The notes beneath the pieces are model-generated. The model made no database searches. It saw only the letters and a list, made by a program, of their open reading frames with translations, and was not told the origin of the DNA. This document shows, piece by piece, positions 53,773 through 64,000 of a stretch of 64,000 nt of DNA (positions are counted from its first letter, which is position 1; each line of letters starts with the position of its first letter). The translations under genes and the position numbers were made by a program. The DNA comes from Kudoa neothunni. Lineage: Eukaryota; Animalia; Cnidaria. Location: assembly GCA_964304625.1 (NCBI GenBank), contig OZ199839.1, positions 1,862,093-1,926,092 on the forward strand, in the 5' to 3' direction.

Positions 53773-54745
53773 CCCTCCAAACATTTCTGGGGTCCAAATG
53801 GATCCCAGGTCGCTTTTCATCTCAATTCACTGCTCATTGAAAATGTTAAATTGGCTGGATCCAATCATTATTCTTTTAAAAGTTTCCGTATATTCATAAT
53901 CTAACTTTAAAATTAAGATTTTTTTGTTTGTTAGTATTTTATGTCAAATACTTACGCCGAATAGTTTTGGGGTTCAGGAGGATCCCACGTTTTTATTTCA
54001 TAAAAAAATTTATTAAATTATAAAATATTTTAATCTCGAAAGGTTACATCCACTAAATATTGAGAAAAATCAAGGTTTATGTTTCCAGCATTAGCCGATT
54101 GATACTGAATTTAAACGACCGCTAGAAATGGAACAATTATATGATGATTTTCTAACAAGTGATGACTCTTATCGCAGTGAAATTGAAGATATTATTGGAG
54201 AATATTTCTCTTGAACTAGCTGTGATAATTCAGATGATAATGGCGTCACTGATATGTATAGGGACAAAAACAATGTGCTATGATCTTCAGTTGTGCTTTC
54301 AAATAAAAAAGTTAAAAAAGAAAACATCTTAAACAAACCTCCAGGTTTGACGGCATTTGCAACGTCCCGAGTTTGCGATTTACAGGATTGTTTTTCTATT
54401 TTGTTGATAATGAGTTTTTCAATTCAATCATTATTCACACTAACAAATTTGGTGCATTTCATTACGGGGAACATGGAAAGATCTGAATATAATGGAAATT
54501 AAATCGTAGGGATCATCGAAATAACAAAATACAATACCAATAATTGTCTATGATATTTCTACAAATGAAGGAGATCTCCAACTGTTACGTACAGTTTCAG
54601 ATCGTCCATTTTTATAATCTCTATATACGTCAAAGCTATTTACTTGTGAAAAACTTACAATGTAAATAATTTACATAAATATGATTATATATATATATAT
54701 ATATATACATATATCATCGTGTACATCACATGGATTGCTAGAGGG
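53773..54745 (+). mobile_element. decayed piggyBac element with transposase N-terminal remnant
   Basis: TTAA|CCCTCC ... GAGGG|TTAT; GGGGTCC..GGATCCC subterminal motif present twice; acidic segment then ENILNKPPGLTAFATSRVCDLQDCFSIL, resembling the PGBD NI+...PG.T.+A...F.LF motif; stops present. Confidence 0.75.
54686..54707. repeat. (TA)n microsatellite
   Basis: About 11 TA units. Confidence 0.9.
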
Positions 54746-56592
54746 TTATAAAATATGATGATTTAATTTTAAAAATATATGAGTAATTCAAAAATTAGCT
54801 GATAAACAAAAATTTAAATAAAAATTATTATTTGCGCACGTGCCATACCACTGTAGCGTATGCGGCAGCAATACAAATAGTCAACAAACCACACAGGATT
54901 CAAAAACTAACTTAATCCCTGTCCGAGGTTTATCGATTCGGCCACACCACTATACAGTTGACCAATTGATCACCAGTTCACTTAGGTTACATTCCATATA
55001 ATCAACCATTATACTGGATTTAATCTTTCTCAGTTAAAAATTTATGAAAAGCTTCTTGACCTAGAAGCGACATGAAAACAGACGCTGCGACCCATATTCC
55101 ACCATTATTAAGTTTCAATCATTAGCGCGTTTCAACAACTTTTTAAATACAACTAGTCAATTAAACTCTGATCAAAATTTTCCCAGTAACTCGTTAAAAT
55201 CACAACAACTATATCTAAAGCTCATTATCACGGATCCTACATCATTTATCTAAAAATATATATCAATTAACTAACATTAAATTATATAAAGGGAATTATG
55301 AAATATATTATAAATAGGGCATGCGATTTTCATCCTTTATCGAATCGAAAATCCGTGGTGTAAAATTCTCGTTTGTTTCTATTAATTTTGAGAAATCATA
55401 CAACGTAACAAGGGCGAACATCAATTAAAAAATTTAATGATAAGTTAAGCATATTAAGGTCATTAGACTGTATCTCCAAAAATTCGTTAAGTCCACTGCA
55501 ATATTTACAGACCGGTGAATCCTTAATAATTTCAAAATCGTTCCATTCTACAAAATAATTAGTCAATGCACGTCATTTGCTCCCCATTTTCAAATTTTCC
55601 TTTTCGGCGGCAACCGATTTTTTCGATTTAAAAAAAATAAAACCCGGCTACATTCCTCTAATTCGACGGGTTAACTTGATAAAAATATATTTGAATCTAA
55701 ATTTGCATGCATTCATTACAATTTATAAATTATTACGCAGTATTTAAAGCTACCATTAAATTGGTCTTCCTTTTAGCGCAAAAATATTAAAGTCTCCACG
55801 ACACCCATAATATATCAACTAATGTATGACTGTATTGATAATTCTGATAATACCCTAAAGTTCAATAAAACTGTAGATAAAAATAATTAAATCTTTATAT
55901 ATGCGAAAACCTTGAGGAATTAGGCATAAAGAAAAACACGCAATGTTGTAATGTTGTGCGCAGGCAATAACAATTACCTAATGTGTATTTGTATTGAATC
56001 ATTCAGATTAATATTTTCAACGGTATTTGTAACCGATCCATATTTAAATAATATAGAGAACCGAGCGTATTGTGAAATTGAGGGTTTCACATGCGCGAAG
56101 GTGAATTTGTTGATACTCAAATTTATTCATTACCGCACTCATGTATTTGTTTAATATTTTTAAACGTAGTATATTCCCGATTCCGCATCAAGCTAGGGAA
56201 TTCACGTTAGTACTTAAGTGTATAATAATTATGATAACGAAGTATTCCGACTAACTGCGGGGCTTCGCGCTGATTCTGGTTATACTTTATTTTCCGTAAT
56301 TCGTGTAGAATCTAATTTTCAAACGATACATCATTATAACTTTTTTCAGATGGATCAAAAGGAAGAAAGATGAATAAATTGATTATGAGTTGTGTGGGGT
56401 TGTTGAGGTGATTAACTTGATTTTCGGTATGCGCCGTCGACATTCTCAAAAGATTCATCGAAGCTCCTGTAGAAATAGTTAAAATTAACATCTTTTGGTA
56501 TGTTGAAAAACTTTTCGGTGGAATATTGCCATTAACACATTGAATATTACACTATACATGATATTTGACTAATAACTGTGCTGTTCAGTGCG

Positions 56593-58808
56593 ATGACAGG
56601 ACATTCGAACAAAGCAACATCTTCATCAAGATATATCTATGAGGAAGGAGGAAGGAAACGTCCAGAAGACTTCCCATATGATTTGAATACAAACTATAGA
56701 AGAAGACCACCTAGGTCGCCGTATAGTCGTTCACCTTCTCCATCTAGAAGACGAAGACATTCCTCCTCCAGCAACGATCGTAGGCATTATTCTCCTGTTT
56801 CAAAGGATTATCGCCGTTCTAAGCGATCATCCAATGGCAGTACGATTGTTATGCTGTTTTTACCGGTTAATACAACTGAAAACGATGTACCATTAAAAAA
56901 TGATCATCTAACTAGTTCTCTGATAAAATTCGTTGTAGATCAATTGCTTTTTTGCTGGTTATCAATTTGGGTACAAAAATGTTGAATTTATGAAAAATTA
57001 CGATGGTAAAGTGGTATTATTGAGATAATATTATTAAATCATGGTACAGACTTGACAGTGCATGCATTTGCAGATATGGGATCGATCGAAGCATGTAAAC
57101 AATTCTTAGCACTAACGTCGATGGTAACTTTTCCCACTTTACATTTAAACTGTATTAAACAGTTTGATGCGCTAGGGAGTTGTTATGATTGCGCAATGTC
57201 GTATCAAAGTTGTAACCGAGGAATTTTATAACGATCAAATGTACAGTAGGTCCCACTCAATGAGTTTATTACAGTATTATGAGGCATTTAAATTGTAGTG
57301 GGTTATCATTTGTATGAGACACCTGAGCTTCCGTCAGCACTTAGGTCTGATTCACTTGCTAGGCATCTTATTGATAATTCGCCATGCAACGGTACCTCCA
57401 TTACACCTAAACCGACATAAAAGCTGCCATCTCATCGAAGTTTCTAATGTGTTGGTGTTATTTAGTTCTAATTTTCAAATCATTGGATTATTCTGCTACT
57501 GAAGACCAAGTACTTGTCAGTGGTTATCGTAGTTAACTGAATTTCATATATTCATAATTAAAAATTGTTGACCCAAAAACATTAATTTTTTGTTTTTTAA
57601 TTTAAAGGTGCGTGAAAGTGTAACCTGTCTCACCTCTGATCCATTGTATGATGTGCGTGTTATCAAAGACAAGGCGACTGGTTTAAGTCGTGGGTTTTGC
57701 TTTGTTGAGATGGGAACTGTTGCTGATGCGACGAAATTACTCAATATTGTTCTACACAAATCTCCTCCCTACACTATTGGCAATCGACGTGTTCTCGCTG
57801 GTTATGCCAGAATGAGTACCTACAACAGTAATGGTCTTGGTAGTCTTCTACCTAGTACAGTGGATTCGTTTGTGATTGACAAACCGAGTCATACTAGCCA
57901 AGTTGCTAACAATGCCATAGCAGCTGCTCAACTTACTCAAAACACATCCAACAATGATTCCACAATGAGCTACGATCCACAATCTGGTTTCTATTACGAT
58001 CCCAATAGTGGTTTTTATTATGATCCAAAATCGGGAGTATTAATCAATCAGGTTACGTTTATAACTCTCGTTAAGTATTATTATGATTCGAAGAATTCCA
58101 CATATTTATATTATGATCAAAATGACAATAAATGGGTTGCTTTACCGCCTACTACCGTTCCCACTAACGACACAACTAATTCAACCAAGCAACCACCTTT
58201 GTATATTTTTCAATTAATATCTAATTGTTATCGTAGTGACTTGAAATCTGCTGCATGTAGATCTGCTAATAACACTGTCAATGATCAAACAACAATCACC
58301 CCGGTTAATTTAGTGCCCCAAGATCGTATTTTTGCTGTTCCATTATTGTTTTATCTGAGTTCTAATACAGAGTCACAAGTAATATCCTCGGCTACAAATG
58401 ATCCAAAAAAAATTGCTAAAGAAATGGAAAAATGGGCCAAGAAACAGAAAGTTCAAAAAAAATCTAAGCACTCGAATAACAACGTTGAAAATACGTCAGG
58501 TGCATTCCGATCCAGATCTGCATTTCAGTCGGTTCAATTAACGACGGATATAAATTTTCCACAAGCCAACCACACTGATGACGATCCGTTTATCGTGTGT
58601 GATAGATTGTTGTGTTTGTTGTGTGTCAGACGTTTCAAATCTCAACACCATTTACGGTCTCATACACGCTTGTCACAACTGCACAAGGTTCCTATTCGGA
58701 TTGGTTCGCGCTTTTATGACCTTTTCTCTGTAGGAAAATCTTTTATTATTTAACGCTAGAGCAGTTGTATCACTGGAGTCGACTGTTAACGGCAGTAAAC
58801 CAACATAA
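56593..58808 (+). CDS. RBM5/RBM10-like splicing regulator (RS-rich N-terminus, 2 RRMs, OCRE, C2H2 finger), multi-exon
   Basis: VRVIKDKATGLSRGFCFVEM (RRM2), YDPQSGFYYDPNSGFYYDPKSG/YYYDSKNSTYLYYD (OCRE), KKIAKEMEKWAK, CLLCVRRFKSQHHLRSHTRLSQLHK|ENL. Confidence 0.92.
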
Positions 58809-60203
58809 AATTTTATCATTTGTATTGTAATATTTTTTTCTTTTCATCTATGTTCCTAGCTCTAATAGAACGAGTAATTTTCACGTTTGGTTGGGAAATT
58901 TTGATTCTCTGTTACTCTATTAATGTATGCCAATTCCAGTATTGAGATTTAGTTAAAAACTACTTGTTTCAAATTATTTTCAGAAAATTATACTAAAATA
59001 CTTGTTGTTAAAAACTTAAACAAAATAAGAAAAAATCTGAATTACCAAGGTCAGAAAGCCTATGTATGCTACGTACGGTTTGATAATTAAGCTCTATTTA
59101 TCAGAGTGCGGAAAAAATTAACATTTATACGGTCGGTTACCGGTTTTACGAAATTTTGTGAAACACAATTAACTTAGAATAATTGAATGTACAATATATT
59201 ATATTTTTTTAATATATTAAAATATTTCGATGTAAATATGTTAACTATAATAAATTTCTACAACCTTGATCAAGTGGCTTACTGGTTTAACGCATCTTTT
59301 ATTGACACATTTTTCTGAAATACTGATGGATCGAGTTTATAGTATAAAAAAATTAAATAACAATTAATACAATTAAGTGGTTTTGCAGTATCTCCAATAG
59401 AGGTGCTAAATCTGTTATTATAATTCATTTTAACATATCCAACTCCGATGACATCTTAAAACCCGAACTTAGAGCTTATAAAATGATTTAAAAACCACAA
59501 AATGTACCTGCCATATTTTCTTAATCTATTAAAGGAAATTAAAAAATATAATGTTGACAAAAAAGATTAATCGCTCATTGTCGCGTCGTCGGAGAAAGGT
59601 ATATTTGAGATTATTCAACATATTTTTTAGGCATTAAAATAACCAATTATTTTAGGGCAGAGGTTATTGGCGGGGTAACATTTAATCCTAAACGGCGTGT
59701 CCATGTGCATGTACACACGCGCACTTGAATTTCCAATCTTAGCAACTCTTGCTTACGAGCCGTTTACAGATTTTATTTGTTCAAATCTGCTATTTTTAAT
59801 TATTTATATTTAATTATTTCTGGTCCACCACTTCACTTCTAGGAACCAAACTCAATTAAATATAATCAAAACTAGTGGCACCTGATTATTATTTACCATG
59901 TCAGAAGCCATTTTCTATTTTTTATCAAAATTTAAATTTAATTTGATAATTTTCCAATTATTATGGTTATGCAGGTTAAAAATGAATGCCAACAACGGTA
60001 AAAAATAAATCCCTACCATAATTTAAGGGAATTTTAGTGATTTGCCATAAAGAAGTAATCATGCCCATTTTGATCCCATAAATTACGCATCCAATTGTCA
60101 GGTATGGTATGGCGAAATTTCAGAAAAGTTTAATGAGAAACAAAAAAATTAAAATATTTAACTCAGCCAAAATTACTTTCTGATTCAATAAAAATGCCTT
60201 TAA

Positions 60204-61590
60204 CCCTCCTGGGACCAAGAGGGGTCTATCGTGACCCCATTTTCGGTAAATCTTATTTTTCTAAATGAAAGCCTCACAGACTTCAATATAAAATTCACCA
60301 AAACGTATAAAATATATTCATATACTAAATAAACCAAAATTTTTGAAAAGTATTAGAATATATCCTAGAAAAAATGCTTGTATAATTGAACATATGTTCT
60401 CCATACACCCACATACTTCATGCTATAACTCCATATTAAAATTATCAATAGATAAAAATAAACAACTGAAAATTAACGCAATTAATATACATTAAACGTT
60501 CAATAAATGTGCAAATTGTATGTTTTAGTTTTTCCTATCGAAGGATTACAATGACGTCATAAGATTAAATTAGGATTTACCGGCTATATGTATTTTAAAC
60601 ATTAGAGGGAACAAAGTATATTATTTCATTTTAGATGATTAATTTAATAAGAAATTTATATTTTGGAATGCCTTTTGATAACGATATCAATAATTTGGGG
60701 CTAAATTACAGTATACGTGTATCAACTTCGGGAGGGGGCATCTTAACTTATTGGTGAATATTTGCGTCAGACTTTCAAGGGTCGTTATTATTTGCATTTC
60801 AATATAGTATAGAACTATTTAATAGATGTATTGATATTGGCGAAACGTCTAATTCACAGAAATCATTGATCCACGCAAAAGATCATAATGTGCATTTTGT
60901 TAACGAAATATTATTAAAAAAACTAATATACGGTGCTATATCCGCAGGAGATCTATTCTCTCTTCACACAGATTTAAAAAAAAAACTTTTTTCTTTTCCA
61001 GACATGTAGTTTAGAAACCGATTGATGTTATCTTTGACAAAAACTTGCTTTCTCTTTAGGGAACCCCGGAATTAATGTGATTTTTTAAAATAAATCTATT
61101 TTAAAATTTCATATTAAATTTTTTTATTTTGAATGTATAGACATACTCAAATACTTACAACTATGATCCATACTTAACCTTACTTTCAATTTTGTGATTA
61201 ACGGCTTTTCCCGGAAATCATGCCTGATACCTTGTACGGTCGCTTGTGTTCATTTCTTTTCAATATTTGATTTAACCACGTTATTTTACCCCCAGAAACT
61301 TTCAACGATGTTAATACAATAAAATATATATTTGAAACCTAGAATAACAAGCGTTTTGATGCAGATGTTTGTAATATTTAATCGAAGAATTAATTACATT
61401 TTCCTCAATTTTATTCCCTCTAAAGAAAATTTCTAATCGGTTAATATAGCTGTGTGTTGAATAATAATTACAAGAATAATTTTTGAGGTCAATTGCACAA
61501 TCAAATAAGAAAATAATGCTGGGGTCAAAAACGATCTCCATGGGCACATACGGCACTTACTGAAGTTTTCGACACACGGTCCTTCGACGG
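60204..61590. mobile_element. piggyBac-derived non-autonomous element related to 18815-19937
   Basis: TTAA|CCCTCCTGGGACCAAGAGGGGTC..GACCCC ... CTGGGGTC..GGGCACATACGG..GGTCCTTCGACGG|TTAA. Confidence 0.75.
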
Positions 61591-62368
61591 TTAAATCGTA
61601 TTAACTTATTACGTATGTTTTTAATGTTTGGAATGTTACGATACATGAGTTAATGAGTTAGTCTAATTTGTAGTGATTACGTTCACTGCCCCACCTAGAA
61701 TTAGAATATCGTTAACGGTAGTAGTTCGACCAACAAACTGTGCACCGTTGTTAAACAATACAATCCACATTCAGTTTCTATAGTAACACAATACCATAAT
61801 ACCGCGAGGTATTTACCACTTTGAAGACGAAGGAATCAATACTATGCAATATTAGGTTGTTAACGAAAAGAAATCCCATGAATAATGTGGCTAAAGTTGA
61901 CTTTAAATTTGTTACTCATTCATCACATTCAGTAACTGAACTTGCTATATTATTAGTCTGTTGTTTCATAATACTAAATGTGTGAATCGTTTGTTGGCTT
62001 TGATAATATTAATAATAAATTTATTGATTTTTCAGGATATTGACGAAAATTTACGTAATCCCAGTTTAACTGGTCTACAATTACATTTAAATTCATTGTT
62101 CTGTTGCATGTGTATGCGATGAATAAGGATGGAGTTTCGAAATCCTGGATTAAATTTGGCACTGATTAGTTTCTGAATAGATTTATTTTTTTTCATGATA
62201 GTTTTCCTTTTTTAATCTAAATACTTTATTTTTAAGGTTTATTGTTGATAAAAATTCTTGGTCCCATTATAATAAAATAATAGTCGAATTAGAAGATATT
62301 GTTTAGAATCACCCAACCATGTAGCGGTGTATTTTTGCAGTTAGAAATTAATTTTTTATAAGTCTCGT

Positions 62369-63462
62369 TATGCAGATGATTATTTGTCTTATTTTAATAA
62401 TGTTTTGTCGCGACGGTTTTTTGAAATTGCAACAACGCCCTGTAATCTTATTGTGTAGATGGTGTGTGGTGTTTGAAGATGGACTCACATGGTTCAACTA
62501 CAAACATTACTAAATGCGTGTCGCGTAGATTGTGGTCGATTTATAGACGACCATTTGAATCAAGCAACCGTTCCACATTGCAACGCTCACCATCAACCGA
62601 AGATGACTTGCTCATTGACAAATTGTTTGGGGGACAATCGTTACAAATTCTAGATCCTAAAACTCCCTGTTGTACCACAGTTAGAGCCCATGATCGTGAT
62701 CATTTGGATAGTAGTAACTCAAAATTAGTAACTATTTGTTTGTGGTGGGATATATGTCTATTCAAAAGAAACATCACCACTCTTTCTACAAGCAATTATT
62801 TGGTATTTTTGAGTGAGAGAACGTATGGCGAAAAAACCCACGATAAACTAGTTCCATTTGTATCAAGTGGTTATTTCCACAATAACACGTAGGTTAATGA
62901 GATTTTAAATTCTAACGATGGCATTGATTTTTTAGAGAAAATTACACTGTCATATTCACCTCAGTCGCTATTATTGACGCCGTTATAGTTACTGTTAGTT
63001 ATTGATTGTGTTGATTTGGGAAGGTGGCATAGTGTTTAGGTATTCAGAGAAAATATCACTGTTCTCTCTGTCACAACCTCAACAACCCCCATACCAAATC
63101 AATGTATTTTAATTAGATCATTTACTGCTGAGATATCGAATGGAAACAAATTAGGCAACTTTTTTCAACGAATATCATCATCGGACAGAATAAAACTAAT
63201 CTTGTTGGCAGTGTTTATACCTTTATTAACAATCGTTCTATTTTCTGTTTACTGTCACGTGGAAAATCTATCAATTTACGAATTCCTACACAATTCCAAT
63301 ATTGTTGACACGGATTATCGTGCGTTAATCCCCATCAAACAAAAACTAGAGAAATCGTCCGACTCCATCGCTCTAAAACGGCTGAGAAAAGCAACAGAGA
63401 AATTTTCGTCATTCAAAAGCATTTCTCAACAACCGCACTCATCTATTATTAACCGACGATAG
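62369..63462 (+). CDS. orphan type I membrane protein, multi-exon
   Basis: Signal-like MQMIICLILIMF, Cys-containing ectodomain ORF 62464-62892, TM LILLAVFIPLLTIVLFSVYC, basic tail; exon boundaries approximate. Confidence 0.55.
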
Positions 63463-64000
63463 ATAGATTATCTATAGAAAATAAATTTAATTATTTATTA
63501 GTTGATACAATTATTAACATATTGGATGACTGATTTATTTTTTTTCGGCTTATTAAACGATTTAATACGTAATTGATTAATGATTCGTTGCAATCAATAC
63601 GTAGTTTTCAGTAGATGTTCTGTATGAACGCTTCCTGCTGCTCCATTTTAGTTTCCGCCCTCTTCGCAAAAAGAAATTATAAAACGTATTTATTTTGGGT
63701 CAAGAAAATTATTATTTCTAACAAAATTACATGAAGAAGAAAAAAAGTAGTCGAATTTAATGAGGAAACATGTAAATAAATTTAATACAATTTATAATAA
63801 ATTAAATGTTTGACTTTTATCTTGTCTTTTTAGAGGAATGATTAAATCTGATCGAGGCTTGTAATTAAAAAAAGATATGCAATAATCTGAGTTAATAAAT
63901 TAATTAGATATTTAATATATTAATGCAAAATATCATATGTGATTATTTGCGCTTACGAGGAATTTCGGATTGGTTTTATTTGATTTTAAATTTAAAAATT

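Noticed and set aside
1-64000. Stop-codon reassignment, tRNA/rRNA/snRNA genes, and most 60-90 aa ORFs in the track
   Set aside because: In-frame stops are explained by introns or extra bases, and TAA, TAG and TGA all terminate genes; no RNA-gene signatures seen by eye; short AT-rich ORFs are chance or TE-internal

Overview
AT-rich eukaryotic (animal-type) nuclear DNA with fast-evolving, intron-rich genes separated by, and interrupted by, many non-autonomous DNA transposons. The opisthokont insertion in EF-1alpha, the very divergent proteins and the ~25-60 nt introns suggest a reduced parasitic metazoan, possibly a myxozoan; this is inference only. Recognisable genes are nup155 (-), N6AMT1/HemK2 (+), a probable Nuf2 (-), eEF1A (+), a SETMAR-like pre-SET/SET/post-SET methyltransferase (+), glutaminyl-tRNA synthetase (-, 11.5 kb) and an RBM5/10-like splicing factor (+). 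There is also a multipass ER membrane protein (possibly TRIC-like) and several orphan secreted or type I membrane proteins. By TIR/TSD reading I delimit piggyBac-, hAT-, Tc1/mariner-, Merlin/MULE-like, foldback and Helitron-like elements, several nested in each other or inside kb-scale introns. Many coding exons carry single extra bases that duplicate a neighbouring base, most likely unpolished long-read error, so gene models are hand-reconstructed and approximate. I found no tRNA, rRNA or CRISPR array. I cannot demonstrate a wholly new biological system. The best leads are the tiny-versus-giant intron architecture, an in-frame mini-transposase, a foldback element inside the QARS pre-mRNA, operon-like gene spacing, and domain or motif losses in conserved proteins.
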